A DNA stretch of 6,831 nt from a virus. Lineage: Duplodnaviria; Heunggongvirae; Uroviricota; Caudoviricetes. The notes under the pieces are model-generated. The model saw only the letters and a program-made list of their open reading frames with translations, made no database searches and had not been told where the DNA came from. The stretch's first letter is position 1. Each line of letters starts with the position of its first letter. Positions 1 through 6,533 of the stretch are shown here, piece by piece. The stretch is from positions 1 to 6,831 of IMG/VR virus record IMGVR_UViG_2565956635_000006. One strand, 5' to 3'. A program made the translations under genes and the position numbers.

Positions 1-516
1 ATGAAATTTAAAAAATGTCTTCTGCCTGTGGCAATGTTAGCGTCATTCACTCTGGCAGGATGCCAGTCAAATGCTGATGATCATGCTGCCGATGTTTATC
101 AAACCGATCAACTGAATACCAAACAAGAAACTAAAACCGTTAATATTATTTCCATTCTTCCCGCAAAAGTTGCCGTAGACAACGCCCAAAATAAACGGAA
201 CGCACAAGCCTTCGGCGCGCTTATTGGCGCTGTCGCTGGCGGTGTTATCGGCCACAACGTCGGGTCTGGCAGCAATTCCGGAACGACGGCAGGTGCAGTT
301 GGCGGCGGAGCTGTAGGCGCGGCAGCGGGTTCGATGGTGAATGATAAAACCTTAGTGGAAGGTGTTTCTTTAACATATAAGGAAGGCACCAAAGTGTATA
401 CCTCCACCCAGGTGGGTAAAGAGTGCCAGTTTACGACAGGTTTAGCCGTTGTTATTACCACGACGTATAACGAAACGCGTATTCAGCCAAATACCAAATG
501 TCCTGAAAAGAGCTAA
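1..516 (+). CDS. Outer-membrane lipoprotein with glycine-zipper domain (YcfJ / Rick_17kDa_Anti-like), 171 aa
   Basis: ATG at window position 1, stop TAA 514-516. Signal peptide MKFKKCLLPVAMLASFTLAG|C with lipobox LAGC; residue after the Cys is Gln, not Asp, so outer-membrane sorting is expected. Gly/Ala zipper GALIGAVAGGVIGHNVGSGS...GAVGGGAVGAAAGS resembles the GAVAGGVIGH motif of YcfJ-type lipoproteins (from memory). Upstream RBS lies outside the window. Confidence 0.7.
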   Translation: MKFKKCLLPVAMLASFTLAGCQSNADDHAADVYQTDQLNTKQETKTVNIISILPAKVAVDNAQNKRNAQAFGALIGAVAGGVIGHNVGSGSNSGTTAGAVGGGAVGAAAGSMVNDKTLVEGVSLTYKEGTKVYTSTQVGKECQFTTGLAVVITTTYNETRIQPNTKCPEKS

Positions 517-531
517 TAATCAGGAGGAGTC

Positions 532-1071
532 ATGAAGAAAGTTTTTCTTTGCGCCATCTTAGCCTCCTTAAGCTATCCGGCTATCGCCTCATCATTGCAG
601 GATCAACTCTCGGCTGTCGCAGAAGCGGAACAGCAAGGTAAAAATGAAGAGCAAAGGCAGCATGACGAATGGGTCGCGGAGCGCAACAGGGAAATCCAGC
701 AAGAGAAGCAACGTCGCGCAAACGCCCAGGCCGCGGCTAATAAAAGAGCGGCAACGGCAGCGGCGAATAAGAAAGCTCGTCAGGATAAACTGGACGCCGA
801 AGCCACTGCGGACAAAAAACGCGATCAAAGTTATGAAGATGAGCTACGCAGCTTAGAGATTCAGAAACAAAAACTGGCGCTGGCGAAAGAAGAAGCCCGC
901 GTCAAGCGCGAAAACGAATTTATCGATCAGGAACTGAAGCACAAAGCTGCGCAAACCGATGTGGTGCAATCTGAAGCTGACGCAAACAGAAATATGACTG
1001 AAGGCGGTCGCGATCTGATGAAAAGCGTGGGTAAAGCAGAAGAGAACAAATCGGACAGCTGGTTTAACTAA
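532..1071 (+). CDS. Secreted/periplasmic coiled-coil protein, Ala/Lys/Glu/Gln-rich (TolA domain II-like composition), 179 aa
   Basis: Consensus SD AGGAGG at 522-527, 4 nt before ATG 532; only 15 nt after the upstream stop, so it is operonic with the lipoprotein. Sec signal peptide MKKVFLCAILASLSYPAIA|SS (AxA cleavage site). The mature part is highly charged with AAANK(R/K)A-type repeats. Family unknown. Confidence 0.65.
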   Translation: MKKVFLCAILASLSYPAIASSLQDQLSAVAEAEQQGKNEEQRQHDEWVAERNREIQQEKQRRANAQAAANKRAATAAANKKARQDKLDAEATADKKRDQSYEDELRSLEIQKQKLALAKEEARVKRENEFIDQELKHKAAQTDVVQSEADANRNMTEGGRDLMKSVGKAEENKSDSWFN

Positions 1072-1109
1072 GCGATGTCAGTAACTTCAAGCCTATGATT
1101 CGTGAGTAT

Positions 1110-1140
1110 AAAAAACCCTCTGTAGTAACAGAGGGTTTTG
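1110..1140. terminator. Bidirectional rho-independent terminator shared by the convergent plus-strand operon and the minus-strand lysis operon
   Basis: Perfect inverted repeat aaaaccctctg (1112-1122) / cagagggtttt (1129-1139) with a 6-nt loop tagtaa. The GC core stem CCCTCTG/CAGAGGG is flanked by an A-tract on one side and a T-tract on the other, so the hairpin is followed by a U-run in both transcripts (UUUUG on plus, UUUUUUAUAC on minus). It lies 41 nt after the stop of the 532-1071 gene and 128 nt after the Rz stop. Confidence 0.65.
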
Positions 1141-1266
1141 TTCATTCATAGTGCAGGGTTCAAATCATTCCCACTCAATTATTTACGACATACATAACCA
1201 ATTGACTGATAACAACTTTCTGCAGCCTGATTTTCACCGTACCGTTTTATATACCGTCACCAAAAA

Positions 1267-1764
1267 TCAGTACCACGATTTTTGCTTCTTCAGTGAATCG
1301 TATTGCTGTTCGCAGGATTCTCCTGCAATCCGATACTTTTCAGCCTCAGCTGCTGTTGCGTTGTAAACTCGGTTGCTTTCTTCAAGCATGTCGGCGAGCA
1401 CACCGATGACCTTGCTGGCTGGCGTGCCAGTGGGGAAAGATCCGGTATAGTGTTCGGCGAGTCGCTTGGTTTTGTCAAGCTCGGCGCGCAGGCTGTCAGC
1501 AGCGGCATTAGCATGCTCAGCATCAACACGCGCCACATCGATACGGGATTGTGCTTCACGTTCAATTTGTGTTTTCTCCTGATCACGTTGTGACCTGGCC
1601 TTATCATCAGCCTGTTTCTGATCTTCCTGTGCCTGCGCATACCCGGCGTCGTACTGACGACTGCCGTGTGCATTCCAGGCTACAACTCCTGATATGACCA
1701 GAACAGCAAGCATCGCCATGATAACCAACTGTTTCCTGTATGCTTTTGCGAATGCCCAGATCAT
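1267..1764 (-). CDS. Rz-like i-spanin (inner-membrane spanin subunit), 165 aa
   Basis: ATG at 1764-1762 overlaps the endolysin stop TGA at 1763-1761 (ATGA overlap, translational coupling). Type II membrane topology: basic N-terminus [12 protein letters not shown] followed by one [20 protein letters not shown], then a long charged coiled-coil periplasmic domain rich in Q/E/R/D/A. Last gene of the lysis cassette and carries an embedded lipoprotein ORF. Confidence 0.75.
   Translation of the reverse strand: MIWAFAKAYRKQLVIMAMLAVLVISGVVAWNAHGSRQYDAGYAQAQEDQKQADDKARSQRDQEKTQIEREAQSRIDVARVDAEHANAAADSLRAELDKTKRLAEHYTGSFPTGTPASKVIGVLADMLEESNRVYNATAAEAEKYRIAGESCEQQYDSLKKQKSWY
1290..1538 (-). CDS. Rz1-like o-spanin (outer-membrane lipoprotein) embedded in the +1 frame of the i-spanin gene, about 82 aa precursor
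   Basis: Fully embedded alternative frame inside 1267-1764. Encodes [16 protein letters not shown]|C with lipobox LTAC followed by a Pro/Ser-rich mature region ([24 protein letters not shown]...) with extra Cys, the hallmark of Rz1 proteins. Start is uncertain: in-frame ATGs at 1538, 1523, 1514 and 1508, none with a strong SD. Confidence 0.5.
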   Translation of the reverse strand: MWRVLMLSMLMPLLTACAPSLTKPSDSPNTIPDLSPLARQPARSSVCSPTCLKKATEFTTQQQLRLKSIGLQENPANSNTIH

Positions 1765-2390
1765 ACCGCCAGCACCTTACTGGCAGTGATGTATCGCGCG
1801 CGCCGGTCATCAATGCCGTTCCGGCCACCATTGATAAGCAGAGTTACACGTGCAATATCTCCGGTATACTTCATGCAGCCTTTGCTGGAGAAGAACCACG
1901 CCGCGCTACGAGCCGCGTATTCGTCCTGCGCCAGCAGTTCAGGACTCTCCAGCAGGTCAACCTTAAGACCGTTTCCACAGTCACGATAGTTATTCAAACC
2001 GGTAATCTGGATAAGTCCGCGCCCACGGTAGTTCCAGCCATCGCCAGGAGCATTGTTACCCATGCGTTTGCTGTACACCAGATTGGCAATCGCTCTCTGG
2101 CGCTCAGGTGGCAATGGTGGTTCGCCTGCGCGTCGCCCCAATGCGTTGGCCTGTCCCTGAGTGAGACGCCCAGCCCGAACAAAGTTAGCCAGTCCGCTGA
2201 CGCTGTAGTTGAAATTTTCCTGCAACCGGGTGAAACCTCCAGACTCATGCCCGACCTGAGCAATAAACATTGCCTGATCTTCTGGTTTGCTGATACCAAA
2301 CTCTTTCATCGCAGAAGTTATATGCGAGAACCAGCGTGCGGCCAGCGCCTCGCTAATACCAGCAGCTCGCTGGAATTGTTTAATCTCCAT
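1761..2390 (-). CDS. Phage endolysin, glycoside hydrolase family 19 (chitinase-fold lysozyme), 209 aa
   Basis: Start ATG at 2390-2388 preceded by SD GAGGT (minus-strand context TCGAGGTCTAAACATGGAG). The 264-aa ORF in the track is a 5' over-extension; the upstream part overlaps the holin-like gene in another frame. Protein begins [20 protein letters not shown] and contains [10 protein letters not shown]...LQENFNYS with two Glu (positions 49 and 58) plus [12 protein letters not shown], consistent with GH19 phage endolysins of the SPN1S type (from memory). GC is about 58-67% in hand-counted 60-nt blocks. Confidence 0.85.
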   Translation of the reverse strand: MEIKQFQRAAGISEALAARWFSHITSAMKEFGISKPEDQAMFIAQVGHESGGFTRLQENFNYSVSGLANFVRAGRLTQGQANALGRRAGEPPLPPERQRAIANLVYSKRMGNNAPGDGWNYRGRGLIQITGLNNYRDCGNGLKVDLLESPELLAQDEYAARSAAWFFSSKGCMKYTGDIARVTLLINGGRNGIDDRRARYITASKVLAV

Positions 2391-2688
2391 GTTTAGACCT
2401 CGATACTTTGAAAATTTGAACGACGTTACCGCGCGTTTTAATAACCGCAGCGAGCATGACAGCGTTGATAATGACCTCAGATAAATCCACAGCCATTGGC
2501 GTGCGGAACCAGATTGCATAGGCGACACGAACAGGAATACTGGCCGCAGCAACAATCAGGAAATAAGCAAGCCATCCTCCCCACCTTCGGTGTTGAGAGC
2601 CGTTACGCCGGAATGTGACAACGCGAATTGCTATGCCAGTGCAAATAACTGCATTGGTGATAAGCAAAAAAAACTCATGCGTTACCAT
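2380..2688 (-). CDS. Holin-like / lysis-associated small membrane protein, 102 aa
   Basis: ATG at 2688-2686 with SD GGAG 8 nt upstream (GGGGAGAAAAGACGATG). Overlaps the upstream gene by 14 nt and the endolysin start by 11 nt. Two hydrophobic segments ([19 protein letters not shown]; [23 protein letters not shown]) separated by a basic loop, and a charged C-terminal tail KVSRSKHGD, which is holin-like architecture. Position immediately 5' of the endolysin. Confidence 0.6.
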   Translation of the reverse strand: MVTHEFFLLITNAVICTGIAIRVVTFRRNGSQHRRWGGWLAYFLIVAAASIPVRVAYAIWFRTPMAVDLSEVIINAVMLAAVIKTRGNVVQIFKVSRSKHGD

Positions 2689-3079
2689 CGTCTTTTCTCC
2701 CCGGAATTAACTCGCGTGGATTATCGGAACGGTGATAGAGCCATATACCAATACGCACAGCGACAATTGCTGACACGAATGCGCCTGCAGAGAAAACAAT
2801 CCCTTTTTCAAAAGAGTCCTGCGTGATGGTAGGGATCAGGCTGGCTATGCCGATAAGAATTGATGCTGCTGGTTTGTAAAAGAGAAGGCCGCAAAGAAAG
2901 CTGAGCATCGACAGGAGCACCCGGCGACGGATGGGGTACTCTACTGCAGAGGTAACAAAAATTACCGCTCCAGCCAAAGCACCCAAAGCAACCTCAGGAG
3001 GAACTCCTGCTATCACCGCCGCCAGAGAACTCATGCTAAGCCACTGATTTAAAGTTTCACTGGTTAGTTGAGCTGACAT
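2675..3079 (-). CDS. Holin-like membrane protein (3-4 predicted TM segments, charged C-terminal tail), 134 aa
   Basis: Start taken at ATG 3079-3077 (MSAQLTSETLNQ...) with upstream GGTGG 5 nt away; the track's start at 3088 is a GTG three codons upstream in the same frame. Hydrophobic segments LAAVIAGVPPEVALGALAGAVIFV, LLSMLSFLCGLLFY, ILIGIASLIPTI, AGAFVSAIVAVRIGIWLY, then charged tail [19 protein letters not shown]. First gene of the tightly overlapped lysis cassette. Confidence 0.55.
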   Translation of the reverse strand: MSAQLTSETLNQWLSMSSLAAVIAGVPPEVALGALAGAVIFVTSAVEYPIRRRVLLSMLSFLCGLLFYKPAASILIGIASLIPTITQDSFEKGIVFSAGAFVSAIVAVRIGIWLYHRSDNPRELIPGRKDDGNA

Positions 3080-3253
3080 GTTTTCCACCGTTTATATGCA
3101 TAACAACCTCCTGAACAGTAAAGCATTACGCATGATAAACCATTTATGGTTTTTTGTTACTTTAACATCGTCAATTCCCTGTTTTTCATGCCGAGAATAA
3201 AGCTCACCTTTTACATGACTCTGAAGAAACAAACAGTGAAGATCAGGTTGAAT

Positions 3254-3276
3254 ACCGCACCATTTAATGGCGCGGT
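3254..3276 (-). other. Stem-loop just after the stop of the small membrane gene (possible weak terminator or RNA stability element)
   Basis: Minus-strand ACCGCGCCAT-TAA-ATGGTGCGGT: 10-bp stem with one G-U wobble and a 3-nt loop, 6 nt after the TGA at 3284-3282. No U-tract follows, so it is not a canonical intrinsic terminator. Confidence 0.25.
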
Positions 3277-3281
3277 AGCAG

Positions 3282-3566
3282 TCAAATAGAGAAATAAACA
3301 CAAAAACAAAAAACAACAGGAACAGCAAAATCCAACAGACTTCCCACATCCCACACGCGTGGATCAAAACCTCCCCACCACGGCATGTTGATGCGTTTCC
3401 CTTTCCCAAACTTTTCTATCCAGCGATATTCTGCCTGGGTGTGTTCACGCGCAATGAAGAACGTACAACCGGCTATCGCACCGTAAGCCCAGTTTCCGGT
3501 AGAAAGGCCAACCAGTATCTGCGCAATAACCGCGCATACTGCATGTGTTATTGGTGTTGTATCCAT
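3282..3566 (-). CDS. Small integral membrane protein of unknown function (2 predicted TM), 94 aa, immediately downstream of the tailspike
   Basis: Start ATG 3566-3564 with SD AAGGA (AAAAGGATAAAAATATG); the track's start at 3602 abuts the tailspike stop and lacks an SD. TM1 AVCAVIAQILVGLSTGNWAYGAIAGCTFFIA, basic/aromatic loop REHTQAEYRWIEKFGKGKRINMPWWGGFDPRVW, TM2 LLDFAVPVVFCFCVYFSI. A weak hairpin follows the stop (see 3254-3276). Confidence 0.5.
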   Translation of the reverse strand: MDTTPITHAVCAVIAQILVGLSTGNWAYGAIAGCTFFIAREHTQAEYRWIEKFGKGKRINMPWWGGFDPRVWDVGSLLDFAVPVVFCFCVYFSI

Positions 3567-3602
3567 ATTTTTATCCTTTTTTAATTTAGCAAATTGATAC
3601 AA

Positions 3603-6377
3603 TTACACTCCTGATACTTCAATAGATAGTTGAATCTTATTTGGCATCTTGTTGCTTAAATATATGGTTGCAAAGTCAAACGAAATATTTAAGTTATTTT
3701 CATCACCATCATTATCTGAAAGAACTCCGGTTTTCAATACAACATTTTGCTTATTAATTTCTTTTAAAGGAGAAAAATCAGATCGGTCACCACGATGAAT
3801 AATAACACCAACTGCAATTACCCCATGAATATCAAGTATGTCGTGCATATCAAGGCGAACACATGGTACGTATCCACCAACAAGGATACTTGTAGATTTG
3901 TTGGCTTCAAGTGTTATTAGATATTTTCCGTCTGGTTGAACTATTGTTCCTGCTATTCCATCTGGCGTGTTGAACATACCGCAGTATCTGTATCCTGCTC
4001 CAACAGGAACAATTCTGTTACCGCCAAGATCATGGAAATTTCGAACAATTATTGCACCAGGAACAGATGAATAAACCATTACTGCCTCTGTTTGCCCTGA
4101 TACAGAGTCTGATGTTTCTGGGTTCGCCATGCATAAATTACCACCAAAATAAATATTTTGGATTAGAGGGGTGAGGCCATCATTAACCTCAAAACGTAAA
4201 AAGCCCTTGAGAACAGTCCTTGCGGTATTATTCTTAATAACAACAGGAAGTTCTTTATAGTAAGAGTTTCTGTCTGTCTGTGCCAGAGTTGTTTCAATAA
4301 AAACAAGAGGTCTGTGATTACGTTGAGTTGCATTCACAGGTTTGTACCTCAAGTTGTATGGCAAAGACATCTCAGTAAAACCATCAATATAATTACAGTT
4401 CTGAATCGTGAACCCACCACCACTATATCTTACAAAAAAAGGAGCCGGGCCGCTAAATCCCCTGACGTTCATTCCATCATACACTTCATTTAATCCGCGT
4501 ATTACACCAGCATAATACAAATTGACTGAATTGCCGCCTGTAAAAGTTGTTTCGTATGATGGGCCGTGTCCACCGCAACATGAATTTCTTGTATCGCCAT
4601 CAGGGAAAAATTTAACTCCATCATATGCAGTTCCACCACCCATCATCGTTGGATTTATAATGTTATTATACAGTGATACCATTTGAGTCCCGCTTACATC
4701 AAGCCCCCTCCTGCAAGCAAATGCTGTCATATCCACGACTGTGCAATAGCTGCTATTGTATATTTCAACACCATAACCAGTGCCGTTTGTTAAATCATAT
4801 GCACGGTTTGAGTATTCAATATATGGTTCTATTATTTTCGTTCTGTAGCTTGACTCAAGAAAAATTCCAGTTTCTGAAAAGCCGATTAGTTTTATTCCTT
4901 CTATATGCATATCAACAGCGCCATCTATCACAAGACCACGGAACCCCAAATCACCAGGAGATGCGTTCTGCGTGACAGGTCTTTCAAAATTGAAATCACC
5001 GACAATTCTGCCGTAGCATGGTTTTCTTTTATATATATTTGCCTTTCTTGTGATTTTAAACTCGTCTCCAACAGATGGTTTAAACGGGAATGGTCCCTGA
5101 GCATATTCAAATTTTGCTGTTTTAGTGTCGTAATCCCAATGAGTTATGTATCTTGATATTCCGGCGTTAGCTCCGGTGACACCTGTTACTTTTACCTGAT
5201 TGTATTGTTTTGTTAATGTTGCATCATTACCAAATGAGAATTCACCTCCGGATACAGATGCTGTTACGGTCGTTGAGTAATCATTGCTCGCAGAGTAGAA
5301 AAAATAAAATGCACCTGATATCTCCGCTTTTTTTGTTGCATTATCAAAAGCAGTAACAACATGCATTTCACCTTCACAAGCCTGTCCTCTATTATCTGTC
5401 TGAATTAAGCGATTGCCATGAATCATAATTATATCGCCTGCATCAACAGAATATGCTGAGTTAATTGATATTGATGTGTCACCAGGATTTATTGTTGAAT
5501 TATAGTCAATTGGCGTGGCATCTCCACCTTCGAGTCTTATGAAATAATCATCAATCCAGTTTGGACCAAGAGGCTCTTTTGCGGTTGACTTTAAGACAAC
5601 CTTGCCATCAGCTACCCAGTCATAGTTATAATTATCCCCGCCGCATTTTATGCGGCTAATCAAATACACACCAGAATCCCACTTCAGGCGTTTTCCGTTA
5701 GATGCGCAGTAAATGATGGCATTTGTTATTGCGTCTGTATCGTCAGTAATGCCATCCCCTTTTGCACCAAAATCGCGAACATTGACGATATCCCGCATCT
5801 TATCCTGGAACGTTCGATATACTGCCCCAAAACCATACTGAATAAACCAACCAAAACCACCAACAACCCCGGCGATTGCAGCATCGACATAATTACGCAT
5901 TGAGCGATTATTTACAGCATCCTGCTCAAGTGATGGATCTGCAAGGTTAGAAATTCTGTTTTGCTTTGCATCGTAATATTTTGCAAGCAAAGATGGTTTC
6001 ATCAATGCACGTCTGAACCACCCAAAACATCGCTGGATCAGCATCGTCAGGTAGTCAAATGCATCCTCATGAACTTCGGGGAAAAATTTTCCCTGATTGC
6101 GAAGATCAGTCTCCTGCACCACATCAAGCACACGCTCTATCGTGATTTTCCAGCCAGCAGCAAGCGGCGACGGAAGAACAACAGAACCGCCACTATAAGT
6201 GCCCGCCCCAGTTACCGTATAACCGGTATCCAGAACCAATTCTGTTACGTTACCGTTCAGGTCAGACACCTGAACAACCAGGTCTGTTTTTTTGAAAATG
6301 CGGAAGGTATACGGAAATGATGTCGTAACGCCGTTACCTGTGTATTCGTTGTGGTCAACTTCGGTTGAGACCGTCAT
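3603..6377 (-). CDS. Phage tailspike protein: conserved N-terminal particle-binding domain plus right-handed beta-helix (pectate-lyase-like) polysaccharide depolymerase / receptor-binding domain, 924 aa
   Basis: ATG 6377-6375 with SD GGAG 7 nt upstream (TCTGGAGATTTAACATG); stop TAA 3605-3603. N-terminus MTVSTEVDHNEYTGNGVTTSFPYTFRIFKKTDLVVQV...ETDLRNQGKFFPEVHEDAFDYLTMLIQR matches, from memory, the conserved head-binding domain of epsilon15/phiV10-type tailspikes. Residues about 199-222 (NVRDFGAKGDGITDDTDAITNAI) are the classic pectate-lyase-superfamily motif. Marked GC drop in the C-terminal two thirds. Confidence 0.9.
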   Translation of the reverse strand: MTVSTEVDHNEYTGNGVTTSFPYTFRIFKKTDLVVQVSDLNGNVTELVLDTGYTVTGAGTYSGGSVVLPSPLAAGWKITIERVLDVVQETDLRNQGKFFPEVHEDAFDYLTMLIQRCFGWFRRALMKPSLLAKYYDAKQNRISNLADPSLEQDAVNNRSMRNYVDAAIAGVVGGFGWFIQYGFGAVYRTFQDKMRDIVNVRDFGAKGDGITDDTDAITNAIIYCASNGKRLKWDSGVYLISRIKCGGDNYNYDWVADGKVVLKSTAKEPLGPNWIDDYFIRLEGGDATPIDYNSTINPGDTSISINSAYSVDAGDIIMIHGNRLIQTDNRGQACEGEMHVVTAFDNATKKAEISGAFYFFYSASNDYSTTVTASVSGGEFSFGNDATLTKQYNQVKVTGVTGANAGISRYITHWDYDTKTAKFEYAQGPFPFKPSVGDEFKITRKANIYKRKPCYGRIVGDFNFERPVTQNASPGDLGFRGLVIDGAVDMHIEGIKLIGFSETGIFLESSYRTKIIEPYIEYSNRAYDLTNGTGYGVEIYNSSYCTVVDMTAFACRRGLDVSGTQMVSLYNNIINPTMMGGGTAYDGVKFFPDGDTRNSCCGGHGPSYETTFTGGNSVNLYYAGVIRGLNEVYDGMNVRGFSGPAPFFVRYSGGGFTIQNCNYIDGFTEMSLPYNLRYKPVNATQRNHRPLVFIETTLAQTDRNSYYKELPVVIKNNTARTVLKGFLRFEVNDGLTPLIQNIYFGGNLCMANPETSDSVSGQTEAVMVYSSVPGAIIVRNFHDLGGNRIVPVGAGYRYCGMFNTPDGIAGTIVQPDGKYLITLEANKSTSILVGGYVPCVRLDMHDILDIHGVIAVGVIIHRGDRSDFSPLKEINKQNVVLKTGVLSDNDGDENNLNISFDFATIYLSNKMPNKIQLSIEVSGV

Positions 6378-6480
6378 GTTAAATCTCCAGATAGTCGCAG
6401 CACCCGTTGCGCCGCATATCTGGTTATTCTATTACCTGAAAAACCACATATGGATAGAAATACTGTGAATATAAATAGAT

Positions 6481-6497
6481 ATTACCTTTTAGGTAAT
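6481..6497. promoter_or_regulatory. Perfect palindrome ATTACCT-TTT-AGGTAAT, candidate operator for a phage-encoded dimeric regulator
   Basis: 7-bp inverted arms with a 3-nt spacer in the divergent intergenic region. The half-site ATTACCT recurs at 6431-6437. Function is inferred from symmetry only. Confidence 0.3.
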
Positions 6498-6533
6498 TTG
6501 CAAAACGTGCTGGATAGCAAACAAATTATTTGA

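Noticed and set aside
67-461. Minus-strand ORFs (62 and 117 aa) inside the lipoprotein gene
   Set aside because: Antisense of the Gly/Ala-zipper coding region, which yields a Pro/Ala-rich artefact. No start context; the sense gene has a canonical lipoprotein signal.
592-856. ORFs 592-828 (minus) and 644-856 (plus) inside the coiled-coil gene
   Set aside because: Alternative frames of a repetitive, charged coding region. Arg-rich low-complexity translations; no SD.
1151-1831. ORFs 1151-1366 (+), 1303-1593 (+) and 1607-1831 (-) overlapping the spanin region
   Set aside because: They overlap the Rz-like gene or span the terminator and intergenic region; translations are Cys-rich or low-complexity with no start signals. 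Only the 1290-1673 frame is retained, trimmed to the lipoprotein start, as the embedded Rz1-like o-spanin.
1740-2396. 218-aa plus-strand ORF antisense to the endolysin
   Set aside because: Entirely antisense to a well-supported conserved enzyme gene. The translation has no recognisable domain and is typical of a GC-rich antisense frame.
1994-2484. ORFs 1994-2299 (-) and 2287-2484 (+) within or antisense to the endolysin
   Set aside because: Out-of-frame overlaps with the GH19 endolysin; no independent support.
1761-2555. Long 264-aa version of the endolysin ORF starting at 2555
   Set aside because: The extra 55 N-terminal residues overlap the holin-like gene 2380-2688 in another frame and have no SD. 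The internal ATG at 2390 has a GAGGT SD and gives a protein beginning at the conserved MEIKQ... of GH19 endolysins.
2590-2826. 78-aa plus-strand ORF antisense to the holin-like genes
   Set aside because: Antisense to two overlapping membrane-protein genes with proper SDs; no start context.
3077-3088. Possible lambda-S-like dual-start (antiholin/holin) motif: GTG at 3088 and ATG at 3079 in frame
   Set aside because: The extra residues of the longer form would be M-E-N, adding a negative rather than positive charge, unlike the Lys-bearing antiholin extension of lambda S107. The GTG has no better SD spacing than the ATG.
3092-3409. 105-aa minus-strand ORF overlapping the small membrane gene and running into the AT-rich spacer
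   Set aside because: Low-complexity, Cys/Trp/Phe-rich translation driven by poly-A/T DNA. It overlaps the better-supported 3282-3566 gene (which has an SD and plausible TM architecture) by 128 nt in another frame, and is in the same frame as, and stop-separated from, the holin gene.
3567-3602. Start of the small membrane gene at 3602, directly abutting the tailspike stop
   Set aside because: No SD upstream, whereas the in-frame ATG at 3566 has AAGGA at good spacing; the extra 12 residues (MYQFAKLKKDKN) are encoded by the AT-rich linker.
4673-6320. Plus-strand and minus-strand short ORFs (4673-4975, 4905-5156, 4928-5110, 5961-6320) inside the tailspike gene
   Set aside because: All lie within a 924-aa ORF with strong domain-level support; they arise from AT-rich antisense or alternative frames.
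6461-6480. Second LexA box TACTGTGAATATAAATAGAT
   Set aside because: The right arm reads ATAG instead of ACAG, altering the critical CAG, and there are 6 mismatches to consensus overall. Noted as possible weak or auxiliary site only, not annotated as a feature.
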